From assembly GCA_965644295.1 (NCBI GenBank), contig CBFFRP010000352.1, forward strand, positions 248,001 to 312,000: a stretch of 64,000 bases of DNA. The letters run 5' to 3'. Each line of letters starts with the position of its first letter. Position 1 is the stretch's first letter. This DNA comes from Paraphysomonas bandaiensis. Taxonomy: Eukaryota; Protista; Chrysophyceae. Below, one piece after another: positions 12,401-26,277 of this stretch. The notes beneath the pieces were generated by a model. The model was not told the DNA's origin. It did not search any database and saw nothing but the letters and a program-made list of their open reading frames with translations. The position numbers were made by a program, and so were the translations under genes.

Positions 12401-15400
12401 ATTAAAATCTACAAGTATTGGTGGCAAATAACTGGATGCTGCATTGAATACGTTCGATACTTGTTCTGCAACTGCGAGTTGCCAGCTGTGATTTTTTCCT
12501 GTTCCAGGTCCAACTACGCATGTGATTTCCTCATGAGCTGAGGTTACAACACAACTCTCTGTACGCGTGCTGAAGAGCTTATTGATGTCAAACTGGTATA
12601 AAGTTCCATAATATGCATTGATATTTCCATAAGAAGCTGTACTTGAAACTGCAGAACGCAGAGGCCCAAACTGATCTCCCAGAATGATAACAGTATCCCC
12701 ACCAGCCGTATCTGAGAAAGGCCATTGGTCAGGATTCATAAAGCTGATTATGGGAGACTTATAGCTTGTTGTAACTGGGGCATATCCGGATACTTGATCC
12801 CCGACAACAATCTTCCAAGAGTGGGATGCTCCAGTTCCTGCAACTGGTTTACAAGTGAGCAAGTCCACTTGTTCAGCTCTACAAACTCCACTCTCACGGC
12901 AGAACATATAGCCAGATGCGTCACTGTCAATTGCCGACACTGTCACAGTGCATAAAGCAGTGTAAAATCCATTCCAATATTGAGCGCTTAAATCAATATT
13001 TCCATACGTAGTTTTCCCAGCACCGTATGATTGATAAACACTATCGCTGCCAGAAAAAATGGAACGAATATATATCAAATCAGGGGTGGTGGATGTATAT
13101 CCTCGAGAATCGATATCAAGTGAAGGGTTACTACCAAACATGGACAGTATCACAGGCTCGTGATAGTTTACCGTATGTGCAGAATCAATTAATTCATCAC
13201 TAATTTGACCAGCAATCGCGTACCGTACTCGATAACCATACCCTACACCATCTGGTGTGAGACACTGAACAGCACCAGTGGTGTTAAATTTGCAATTACT
13301 TGCCAGTAATGCGTATCCATCTGTAACTGAAGATACTACGCTTCCACCGGAAGATGACGTGTCATTTACTACAACAGAGCTAATCTGAAAATTCGAGTAA
13401 TACATTCTTGGAGTGCCAGAAACATATGTGCGCCACAATACATCGGATCCACATGATTTGATAACATTTAAAGAAGCAGATGATACAGAAGAAATCAGCG
13501 TCGCAACAGGAACGAACACTTGATCCATTGCACTTTCATAATCCATATACCTGCCCAGTTCATTGACAACATCCCAGTCGTCATCTGTGCGGTCAAAATA
13601 GCAGGGATTTTGAGATACACTGATAGGGCTAAATTGCGAAAAATCTGCAGCCAATTTGCTCTGTACAACAACAGATATATGTCCTGCTGCAGGACATGTA
13701 TCCGACACCAGTGATATAGTTTCCCCAACGACAGATAAATAAAAGGCCAGACCAGATCTACATTTATGCATTCCTACTTCCATTGGGTCAGACAAGTATA
13801 GTAGCGATCCCACAGCTTGAACTTTGGAGTATCCAGCAAAGTGTAGCAAACTGGGCCCTTCAAAAGCATTTGGATTTCCAATTTGAGTTCCTTGGATATC
13901 AATAATCTCTCCACCAGATGTACGATAGTCTTCATTAGGCATGTCTCGATTTGTTGCAGCTGATAATAATGGGCGGTAGTACCGCGTGGTAATACCACTC
14001 AAAAAAGAAGATACATACGAATGTTGATACGAAACAATTGTTACTTTCCACACATGTGCAATTCCAACTCCAGGAATGGAAGTGCACGTAATTTCCACAT
14101 TATTTCCACGTGTTACAGAGCAATTCAGGGCACTGTATTCCACCCCGGTTGGTCCATATGAAACTGTCACGTCTTCTGGGTTGCTTTTGGATCCAAATTC
14201 AGCCCCTGTTATGACAACAATGTTGCCGCCTTCGGTCCACAGCGGGGCGTTAGTTCGATTGAACGCATCACATGCAGTATTTTCCACTTTCGTAATTAGA
14301 ACATCATTGACGTTGTTGATGTTGACAACAATAGTTGCTGTCACACCGTACAAATCCGGAGTACTTGTTTCGGTGGCCGCCACGACGAGTGTGTACTGCC
14401 TCGTAGACTCGTAATCCACGTTGGCGCCAGTTGCGAGCAGTAAGGAAAACTGAGCAGGATTACTTGATCGAATTGTTTTAATCTCAAAGACCCCATCACT
14501 GTTACCAGAAACTATTGAAAAAGACAATATATCATTTTCTGCATCGAAGGCTGTTAAAATAGTAGACGATGATATATCCGATGCTGGTGTCCCTGTCGCA
14601 CAATTTTCATCCAAATATAATGTGTAGTCAGACATAGTTGGTGCCTCATTAACATTAAGCACATCAATAGACACATTTGCAGGCTTTATAACACCTCCAT
14701 CAAATACATTAACCTGAAAATCAATGAACGGCGTAGTTTCGAAATCAAGTGCTGACAGCAGTCCGACATAGCAGGAAGTGTCTTCCCCAGTACTGAAACT
14801 ATCGCGTTGATCAAAAGTAAAGTCCAGCTTCAGGTCGTACTCAGCAGTTCCTGTACCAGTTGAGCCGCTATTTTCGATTTTAATATTCCATGCGCCAATT
14901 CCATTCAGTTCATTTGACAAAACATTGAAAACGGATGTGTATGTACCTACAGAGGTAGAATCCCATGAACTGGGCCATGTAGACAACACTAATATCCCTC
15001 CTATGGAATCCATTATCGTGATCCTAGCATTTGATACCAAGGAGCCGGTTGAAGATAAAGGTGAATATTTAATCGTAACATATACATACTCAAGCATCAA
15101 GTTAGTTACGAAGTCTTCTGTCGGCATTGTAGAAGTTTCACCGCTGTTCAGCTGTGTCACAACCACGCCAGTCCAATTACCAGAATTTACTTCATGTGCT
15201 GCAAATATTAACGATGCACTTCCAACAACTGTACAGGCTAAACTATTCCGATCTTCATCAGTGAAAGTCATATATGTCAATTTCTGCATTGGACCAACTG
15301 GCTGACTTTCCATTATAGAAAAGGAATATGATCTGACGATTGGAATGTCATTTACATCAACGACCGAAATCACAATTCGTGCATCATCTGATTGCGGATA

Positions 15401-18400
15401 CTTCACCACATCTGAGACGACTACAGTAATAATATAGGAACTGACAGACTCATAATTTAATACGTTTCCAGTAATTAATGAAATCCAACCAGTGGAAGAT
15501 ATTTGAAATACTGTTGATCCACTCATAGAAAATGTGACAGCATTTCCATCGGGATCAGTGGCATTTAACTTACATATAGAATACGGTGCCGGCTTATTTT
15601 CGTATGCAGAGCAGAAGGTATCGTTCAATATAGGTCGATAGTTGTTATCCAATACAACTACACTTACAGTACTCGGAACATTGAATGTACCATCCGACAC
15701 AGTTATATTCAACATTAATAGGTCATCCACGTTAAAACCAGTAGATTGTGGGCTCCGAATAAGTGATATTTGGCCGGTTGTATTAGATATCGTAAATATC
15801 GATACAGATGTATACTTGGTGCTCCCATCATCAGGATATACTTGAATGAAAGGCGACGCTGTGAAAGATAGTACCGTGTCGGTATCATCATCCATGTAGT
15901 AATTTGATAGTGCACTTCCCACTAACGACCCCTCCGATGCAGCCCTTGAGACACCGAATTCCAGTGCTGAATTTCCAGTAAAGTAGGGACTCTCTGCCAC
16001 GTCAGCAACTTCGATAACGAATGTTGCCTCGTCGTATCCAGGTCCATTGAATTTCGACGACGAATCGTGGACACGAACTGTAACAACATATGTACTTGCT
16101 GCTTCGTAGTCAATAGCAACGCCGATCGAAAGATCCACAGTAATATCTCCTGTTGCAGCATTCAATGCAAAGCGCTTCGTAAACGAAACAGAAGGATTAA
16201 CAAGTGACCACATGAGCAAATCACCATCTTCATCCATTGCTTTGGCGTGCCCAACAAGTGTTCCTGAAAGTGAATTTTCGTCGATACTCAGCACACATGC
16301 TGTTGGGTTGGTGGAACACTCAAGAATAGGATAATCATTGACATCTCTCACAGTAATTTCTACCTGACCATTGGACACTAAGCCCAAACTAGATCCTGAA
16401 TTGAATGAGGTTCCGCCGTTATCTTGCACTTGAAAATGCAATACTATTGATGAATATTGCTCAAAACTGACTGTATTCGCAACCAAAATGTCAGCCGACA
16501 AGTGTCCGTTATTGTCTACAGAAAAAAGAGCCATAGCACTATCAGGAACTGCATCTACAATGGAAAAAGTCAGATCTTGATTAGCATAAATATCGGGGTC
16601 TGTTCCATAGACCGTGGCAACTTTGTCACCAATTGACACCTTTCGAGACCCTTTTGTTGTAGTTTCATTCATCGTAAATGTTGAATTGACGAAACATGGA
16701 ACTTCATTTACATCCCCAACAGTAACATTAAGAGTTGCATATGAAGATTTAGGTGTAACAGTTTCATTGTTGGATAAAACACCATTGTCAGTCGCCAGAA
16801 TGATGAGCTGAATAAATGAATTTTCCTCATAGTTTATGGATGATACAGATGACAGATACACTTCCCCCGTAACTGTGTTTATGGAAAAGCGATCTGAGTA
16901 CGTTGAGTTGCTTACAATCGAATACATCACTGTATCTGCAGCATCTTCATCAGTGGCAATTACAGGTGTATTCACAAGAAGCGTTCCATTTATACTATTT
17001 TCATATATAAATTGAGAAAGCGAACTTGATATAAAGAGAGGGGCATCATTGTCATCACTAACAATAATACTGATATAAGCTTCGCTGTAAAGGTTTGGAG
17101 GGTCTTGAAGCATATCCAAATTGTAATCTATGCAGCGCATACTCAATGTGTATCCTACACCATCCTCGAAATTTAATTTACTAGTTCCTACTGTGAGGGT
17201 GCCGGTGCTATTATCCACTCGGAAGAACTGACTGTTTCCACCAGACCCCATTTCGTCAATTACAGAGTCAACACCTGATGACTGTGTAGCTAGAATGGAG
17301 TATGATAATAAATCACCATAATCAGGATCTATATAGCGCATACATTAAATTATCAATACAAATACAGCAGTACATACCCGTGCACCACTTATTCATATTG
17401 GGGTACAGTACTGTTCCCTCCGGGGAATTTTCTGTGACGTTCATGACAAGAGGAGAAGCATACCAACTGGGAGGGTCGTTTTTATTTAGCACAGTAATAG
17501 GAATAGTGTACGTCGCATTTCGTGCGTTCTCTCCGTCATCAGTCACGAGAACTGTGAGGTTGAAAGAACTGTATCCACTGATACCCTCGTGATCCAGAGC
17601 TTGGGGATTCTTCACATATATTTGCCCTGAACATGCAGATATTCCGAAGGCATCATCCGTGTTACCTTCTGGTAAAAGGTAAAATAATATTGCCTGAGAT
17701 ATATCTGTGTCTGTGGCATTTAAGGGTTTACCAACATGAGAAGTGGACATGCTGAATTCAAACACCTCACGTTCATACGGAGGCCATAAAATAGGTACAT
17801 CATTCAGGTCCAATACAGATATAAACATAGTTCCTACTTCTGTCAGCACACCATCACTGACAGTTATTAAAAGCGAGAAATTCTGATTTACTTCAAAATC
17901 AACTGCTTTCGGGTTGTTCAGCAATACTTGACCCGCACTGTTCATGCGAAATGCATCGTCACTATTTCCATAAATAATTTTAAACTCAGTCAGAGCTGTT
18001 CCATCTGCATCAACAGCAGACACACTGCTGACGACATAACCTTCATCGTGAGAATCTTCGAAAATACTGACATCACTGATTCGTAACAATGGAATTTCAT
18101 TGTTGTCTTGTACAGTTACGCTCATCATGGATGTATCTATCTGATCAATTCCACTAGGTTCGTCATAGAGATAAAATATCGCTTTTACTGTTGCTTCTTG
18201 GCCACCAACAATTCCAGTTCCGCTTCCCCACCCATCACCCACACATACTGACTGGCCATATGCATGCCACATATTATTCAGACTCTGTGCCGGTGCCCAA
18301 AGGCGTATATTGTCTTGATTATATGCGTAGATGACACCACCATAGAGGCGAGGACGAACGTCCGTTCCAGCGGCAGCGGTCACACCAGTTGCATAATAGT

Positions 18401-21400
18401 TGTAAGATAAGTAATTCGCTTTGGTTACCACAACTACTCGATCTATATTTCTTCCTGCTTTATGAACCTTCTCTGCATATGCTACACCATTACTGGTAAC
18501 TTGAACAGCCTCGGTGACAAACGCTGCTTTGTTGTACATATACGTCCATATGCGAACCCTGACATCAACATCATGGGACATCTGCCTCTTGGCCCCACCT
18601 CCAAAACCACTTGGAATATATATTGCATAACCGTCTTTATGTGAACACGGATAACCACCGAGTGTACTACAAGCCCTGCATTCATTTTGCCCCGTAGTTT
18701 TAGACCATCCATTTGATCCTATAGCACAGTTATCTAAACTAACATCAGTATTATTTGGGAGATAGACACGGACGTATGTATCAGTATATCCGAAGACTAC
18801 ACCTCCATAACTCCCACCATCGTCATCCGCTTGAGCTGAACCAACAGCTTCAAATACATACCCATCGTTGGCACCACCCACAGCTTTGTAATACACTTTG
18901 ACTAAAGCGTACTGTAAATTGCCTAACGTATGGGCAAAGTCTCTCTGAACACTATTGCTATCGCGACTCTGTGATCTCATACGAACCCAACCAGAATCGA
19001 ATTGAGGAACAGAACCCTTCGATGCTCGTACACGAACATCGGCACTCTTTATGGACTGTAAATTCGACTGACCCCAACCTCCATTGACATTGACAATATA
19101 GCCACTGTTTCCGCTGGGGGCCCAAAGTCGGACAGTACTCCTATCATACGCAAACAGCAAGCCACCATATGTCTCAGGATACGAAACGGCACCATACAAA
19201 ACACTGTCGATTTCACTGCCATCTATCATCACGGAGCCTGTGCCGTCAAAAAAATAACTACACATGAAATAAGACGTCAAGTACAGACACATATTGTACA
19301 CGGACTCACCCTGCGTTAGGCCCAGAATTAACACGAATCGTAACACGAACGTTCCACGGTATCTCCCCTAATTCATGAGAAATTTGAATGTAATTAATGA
19401 CATCACTCATTGGAAACCAGCCACTGTCATACTCCATTAACCTTGCAAATATTCGGACGTGATAAGATGCTTGTAATTCGAAGTCAAAGCGGAGTTGGTT
19501 TGACCACACGGCCCCAGTTTTATTATTTATAAGGTATGCATTGCTCGGTGTCATCACTGGAAGGATAGAATTGGCATATGCATTGCTGTTGTAATAAGGT
19601 GATCGAGACATAGAATAATATGTTTGCTGGTAGGTGGATGTAAATTTATCATACTTTTCTTTGTCGACTGCAGATGGAAAATAATTCACCCGTAATTCAA
19701 GGATACGATGATAAGCACCACTTGACCCCAATAACTTTAGTTTCAGATACCTGCAAGACCTTCCTAATGCATCGATGCCAGTTATCCATAAATTATCTGT
19801 TGATTTATCCACATCATTGTTCACTCCATAACTTTCCCAAGTTAAATCCACAGCCCCGCATAGTAACTCATATGAAGTAAGATAGTATGTGGTCGTGTGA
19901 ATTCGAAGAGAATCAATATTAAGAACGACCTGAAAGTCCAGCGTGATAGAATGGTTCGTACCAAGTATGATATTATTAGACTGATAGTATGTGCCGTAAT
20001 TTCCATCCACAGCTTTAGAACATGTTCCACTGACAGAATTTTCACAAGTAACCAGTACATTAGCAGAATTAAAGGGTTCCGAACTTCTGGCACGATACCA
20101 TGCACTGTAACTGTAGTACGGACAAAACTGACCATAATCGCCTCGACAACGGGAGTTCCAATCGTACTGAAGATTATAGCAATAAGCTTCTGTAACCTCC
20201 CGGGTATCAGAGATGGGGTTAGTTCTGTCTGATACTGTTGTTGCCTTTCCATAGCTATCTGAGCAATGACAGTAATATATATACACTCGAGCATACGCAA
20301 ACCCATTGTCATGGCATACAAGGGCACAAGCTCCTGGGGTCATTGTTTGACCTGTGTTATAGCCAACTGAGAATAGATTACTTTCACTTCCATACACAAA
20401 GCAGCCAAGATATCCAGTGGACGACGAATCCGCCATGTATACTGTCATGCTATTGACATTAAGTTCGCCAGACAACTTCGCTTTCGAATGAAAATTTTCA
20501 CCTACTTCTGCGCTGCGAGAGTGGCAACCAATATACGAATATGCGCTGGCAACAGTTAGGTCAGCCTGCAATACTTGAGAGAATGGCATTTTTCCTATTC
20601 CGGAGCCAACCATGCCCACACCAGCCAAACTTATTACATCCGGATTATCGGGAAGTGTCGACAACACGGAGGTAAACCCAAGTAGCTGCAATGCACTTTC
20701 ACAGAGAGCGCGATCAGTGCACAAAACGTTAGAATGTGCAACCATCAATAAAGATCCATAGGGCAATGATTTCACGTACGTACTAAAATCAGTATCAGTG
20801 GCGAAATTCTGAATGGAGGAGAGAGGACTGTGAGTTACTGCATCAATAAGTACAGCATTCCATTCGTTCATACGAGGGGTTCCAGTGATGGAAGCTGATG
20901 AGTTACCAATTCGAAAGTTGACTGTAGTGGACGAGGCTGTCGCCATTAGTGTTGGACATTGTATGTTGTGAGGATTCACAGTGGGTACTCCAATTTTAAC
21001 ATCATCCAACAATACCTCAACGTCTCTGGAATTTCCATAGTAGTCGCCATACACACCAAACTGAAGATAGAACAAACCAGATTTATAGCCCTCGATATCA
21101 CCATACTTGAACGCAAATTTGTCTCCAATGTCAACACGTTCGCGCAACCATACACCTTGAGCGGGGTATTGTCTTTCATCACAGTAATTATTTGATTCAA
21201 ATGTGTATTTCGTGGGTTCGTAACTAGAGTCAAAACAAATCCTACAGCCAATGTGAGGCGCATACAGGCAAAAACATCACCTTACCTATAAAATTTGATG
21301 GTAGAACAAAATGTATCCCCTACTTTCGCAACTGGACAAGTCCACAAATTGTATTTAAAAACATCATTTGATGGACCTTGATCAGCTCGTATTAACGTCA

Positions 21401-24400
21401 AATAGAAACCACCGTAGTAATACGGAGCCCGATAATAGTTAAATGAAAATTCAACAAAGGCATTTGAAGATATGACTTCTTTGGTAGGGAATACAAGGTA
21501 CGAGTATGATGATCCTGACCTAACTTCGTACGACGGGAAAGCATTATTTCTTAGAGATATACCTTTGCTGTTATTGTGTGACCCGTACTTTTTATCGATG
21601 GTTAGCACACCGGCCCCTTCCGTTTGATAAATAAAATCAGCTGTACACGTATAAGGAAATTAGTAGAGAAGCCGACATACTGAGGCAAGTATTACATGAA
21701 ATTCCAACTTCCATGTCCAGATACACGAAGCCAATAGCTTTCGACGTCGCACTTGTCAGCGATGTGTTAAACTACATGAAAAAATCATACAGATATGAAA
21801 GTTTCATATTATACCTTTAATTCTAAATTAGATTTGTTGTGGTAAAAATATATATCAAGAGTAGTCAAATCATCTTGCGACGAGCCGCCACAGAAATTGA
21901 CTCTACAGGTATTAGCACCCGTATTCACACTACAACACAGTGTTTCATTACAAGTACTCGCGAATATGTCATTTACAAGAGATAGATAGTATACACTATA
22001 TATTCCGAATCAGTGAAAGTATATACCCAGGTTGACATGCTTCGGACTTGACAACAGGAAGAGTACTTGAGCGCTTCAAGACTCTCATTCGAATTTCGCC
22101 ATCAGCAAACATGTATGCCCACTCACTGCTCCATCCATCAATAAACGCAATTTGAACCGAAATTCTAACGTAGTTATGTGACGGCATGTTCGAGAAGGTT
22201 GATACCAATTGACACCCTGCCCCACACATGCCTGAGCACAACGATAAATCAAAGAAAAATATCGAATCAAAGGGTTTCACCGCAATGAGAGAACAAACAC
22301 TTCACTTACGTAGTCCACCAATCATCTTTCCAAATGTTGAGTCACAACACTGCTGTTCTGGCTTCGAACATGTCGCAGTTGCGAGGCTACTTGACCCATA
22401 CTCCATATTGAGCAATGAAGATCCAATGTACGTTCCAAGCATATTCCAGTTGGCCCAACCCTAACATAAAACGGTTTCAGATATGCACATGAGTAAATAT
22501 CAAATCAATACCCGAAGAAGTACTACAATATACTGTATTTTAAATAGAATAGCTATGTGCCATAAAAATGTGCTCTACCCACCTGGTCTACACTGAATGC
22601 CCATTTGCGTAGTGGATTCGAAAATAGAGTCGAGGCGGTGGCTCCGTTGTCTGTATTTAATATTCGTTAGTGAAATAAGTAAGATTTGACACTACCGTAT
22701 GATTCAAAATCGATATCAAGCTTGTAGACACCAGCGAGGCATTTGTCCGGCTGAATTGATGTAGAATTTCCCCCGGTACAGACATACCCATACTCTCTGT
22801 GTATATAGAATAGAACTTATAAAGAAAACCTTAATCGTAGAAATGGCTGTTGCCACCTGATGCAATCAGAGGAGCACCCATCACCACTTATCGTATTTCC
22901 ATCATCACACTCCTCCCACTCATCACGTTCGCCGTCTCCGCACCCTAATATAACCAGAATTTAACACAAAATACATTCAATCAAACCAACACACCCTTGT
23001 GGTACTTAAACCACTCCGAGCGAAGATTCAACAAGTCATTCCGGCTCAGTTCATTATAGTAGAACCTAAAATCACTGACTTCAGCTACCAATCCAGCATA
23101 CTCTCGGGCCATCTGAAACAGCTCTTGGGCATCTGATAACAACCGCTCTCCACGATGAAATGGCCAATGAGCAACAGGAAATCCATCCACCCATACGCAC
23201 CGACGGTTCATGTCAGTTGTGAATGCTATATTTCATGTGTAAAAATCAATTATAGAACCAATAACAAAAGGGAAGGCGTACCCAACTGCATCCATTTGCC
23301 TGTCGTAAAAGACGAAAAGTATGGACCAACGCTATCATATATACTGTACGTAGTTGCTGTATAGTGGTACCAGTGTCGACCGTCGTTCCACGCATCAGAA
23401 GTACGAGACGGCTGATCCGGGCGAATGTAGAAAGCATTTAAATAAGACGATGTACCAACACGGAATAGCTGGGTGGTAATGTATTCTGTCGTTCGTTTGT
23501 TGCGAAACATCATCACAAATGTGTTTTTCTTGATCAAACTGTTGCGTCACAACAAATGAGTGGTCTTCACAATCAAACTATCAAAACTTACGTATTCTGG
23601 AGTGTAGAGTTAAATGCAGTGAACATTGCTGGATACTTAGAATATCCATTCAGTTTAATTGCAGAATAGAAGGTGTTTGCCTCTGTTACTGCAAGATACG
23701 AAAATATTACATATTTTAGTTCAATATAGTTGCTTACGTTTCGTGGTGAAACCAAACACTTCAACCTTCGCAGGGCGGAACAAGTAGTTGCTATATGACT
23801 CTACCCGACCACTTCCTACATTATCAGTCCATTGTCTACTCCACCCATAAGTAAGCCCAATTCCCTCCGCCGCTCTTAGATCCCCCACTTCAAAACGACG
23901 TTAACAATTACAGCACACACAAATTTCACATCATTACTACGATGAACATCAGTACAATGTGTGTATAGATTTTGACAACATAAGTCAGCAGTATAAATAC
24001 CTGGTTGATAATAGTTTAATGAAACACCAATTCGCGCACGGGATCGTTGCTGAGAATGAAAATAAACAAAAGAACGACATTCTCAAGTGAAAGACACTTC
24101 CCACTGACCTGGTAGCGTTCCCAGGTACGTTCGTAGTTACCATAGTTTAAACCAAAGTTATGACAGTAATACCTATGCATGTGTAAGTCATGCTCCTAAT
24201 ATATACTCTCGTATAAAACGTACTTGTCGTAATAATTTGATGCAGAACCTTGGAATCTGAAGTAGTTGGCATCTGCGTTTTTCTACAAATATAATGAAAT
24301 ATCATCAAGATAGTATAACATAATATATCTAATATATACCCATTCCAGATTACGGTCATCACTCATCTCTATTCCACCATCAGCGGTCACCAAATCCATT

Positions 24401-24714
24401 AGGGTGTGCAATCCAGCATGTGAAGATGGTAGCGAAAATGTCAACACACATTCAGTTCCACATGTGTTTCCCGTTGTTCCATCAAGTGTAATTCTTACCT
24501 TGTCAACATACACAGTAGAGTATGCTTCAAATAATGCATTCTTAGTGCTAGCAAACTCAGTATTGAAAGGAGTAGAATTGAACCAAACATCAGAATAATA
24601 ATGAAATGTGGTGTCATCTACATTAGAAACAAGTGCAGTGTACCACTGTTGACTACAGGCTGCAACAAGAAATAAAAAAAGCACAATAGCTCTAATTGAA
24701 ACATTGACTGGCAT
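6450..24714 (-). CDS. Giant multi-exon 9-TM cadherin (Nonagonal-type), about 5,600 aa
   Basis: Signal peptide [21 protein letters not shown]; LamG-like segment; cysteine-rich [27 protein letters not shown]; ILEI-like, WSC ([19 protein letters not shown]) and F5/8-C (KAVDGN..CRYLKL) modules. About 10-11 cadherin repeats (DFE/DYE, AxDxD, DxND/ExP linkers), about 12-14 IPT/TIG repeats (TxGG..I.GxNFG), a Cys-rich stalk, nine hydrophobic segments and a coiled-coil tail. The ORF fragments I checked join in frame through GT-AG introns; the 21600-22000 junctions were not fully resolved. Confidence 0.85.
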
Positions 24715-25154
24715 ATTCTGTAAGATGAGAGACAGTTTCCTCCTCACAAGTCCGAGCGGTCTCTGCACAGACCCTGTAGATCTCTGCTCTGCGAGAAACT
24801 GATACGAAAGGTACTTTCAAATCTCTCTCCCCACTTGTTTGAAGTACTTCCATACTGTTAAAAGGGGCAGAATTTCGTGACATGGTATGTATATTTATGT
24901 GTAGAAGTATCATATGTTTTCATCGGATTCACTGCAATGATTCCGTGCAATTCATATGGAGACACTTCTGCCTATTTTATAAAGGCATTTTTTGTTTTCA
25001 CATATCTGATGACTCATTCACCAATGAAACTAGTTTATTTAATTATGATTGGTTTATAAGGTAGATATGTATGTATGTGTATGAGAGGAGAGTAGCAGCA
25101 ATGTGATGACTTCTATATGAAACCAACTGGCAACCGCATACTCTGATTGTAGAA

Positions 25155-25625
25155 ATGGAATTCACAGTAGCAGACGAATCCCAGGCGAACAAGTTGACTC
25201 AACTAGCAGTAGAATCTAATGACATATACGGCACCCGTGTGTGCTCGTATGAAACCGCATCACAGGTTCTTGAAGTCAGTGATGATCTAATACGCAGCGG
25301 TCTAGTAGAAATACTACAAGATGGAGACACAATATTGGGTTTCTATTCTTTGAAGGATGTATTGAATTTGCAGTCGACATCCATAATTGAACTTGGACAT
25401 TTATTTGTCAGTAGCAACCACGTCAAGCGTGGCATTGGAACCATTTTGTTTCAGCGCGCTGTATCCAAAGCAAAATTTTATGGTGCAAAAACAATGAAAT
25501 GGATCAGTGATCCTGATTCAGTTGGATTTTATATTAAAATGGGGTCAGTCTTAATTGATCGAGCCGAAAATATTCTGAATCCCAGCGTTGATGTTTCCAT
25601 CATGGAGTGCGACCTATCAGCATAG
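25155..25625 (+). CDS. GNAT-family N-acetyltransferase, intronless, bacterial-like
   Basis: Motif A LGHLFVSSNHVKRGIGTILF and motif B SDPDSVGFYIKMG; complete 156-aa ORF. Confidence 0.85.
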   Translation: MEFTVADESQANKLTQLAVESNDIYGTRVCSYETASQVLEVSDDLIRSGLVEILQDGDTILGFYSLKDVLNLQSTSIIELGHLFVSSNHVKRGIGTILFQRAVSKAKFYGAKTMKWISDPDSVGFYIKMGSVLIDRAENILNPSVDVSIMECDLSA

Positions 25626-26277
25626 TTCTTATTCGTATTTGTGTAAACGACTGAATGTGTTTTTCTAACTATCTTATCTGTGCTTAGTTAAGTTTCAGCT
25701 TTATAACAAATACATGTGTGGGATTAATTTTCTTTCGTGATCTAACAATAGTGTCATCTTTGTAGCTGACTAAGTTCTTCGCTATTCCAGATTGTAGTTA
25801 CAAATCACCTCAGTTCTATTCTAGATTTTAAATTTCATAGCAAGTTATAAGTTAAGTAGTACTGCTGTGGATTTACTACCTATTACATGAACACTTTCAA
25901 TTCTTTGCAATACAACACCTTATATGAAATCTTGTTATAGTTGTAAAAAATGATTGAATTTTACTAGGTGAGGGACTGGCATCTATCATGGCATAGAATT
26001 CATAATAACTAAAGTAGCTTGATTAAAGCATAATTTGTAGACTACATTTATTAATTACAAAAATCCTCTTCTATATCGACACACGAAAATTTTTTTCGTA
26101 CTCGTTTCTGTTTAAAATGTAGCTTGAGTAGTCAAAAGTTCACAGAAGGCAAACTATTCTACCAATATGCAGCACTTCACACGAGCGGTGCCAAAGAATC
26201 TCCTAAAATTGACAATGACTTATATATAATATACATTTATCGTTTATCACAAACAACGCACCAAAGACTATCAAATT

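Noticed and set aside
8581-20456. Many plus-strand and alternative-frame ORFs overlapping the cadherin gene
   Set aside because: Antisense or shadow frames of a long coding exon, with no motifs.
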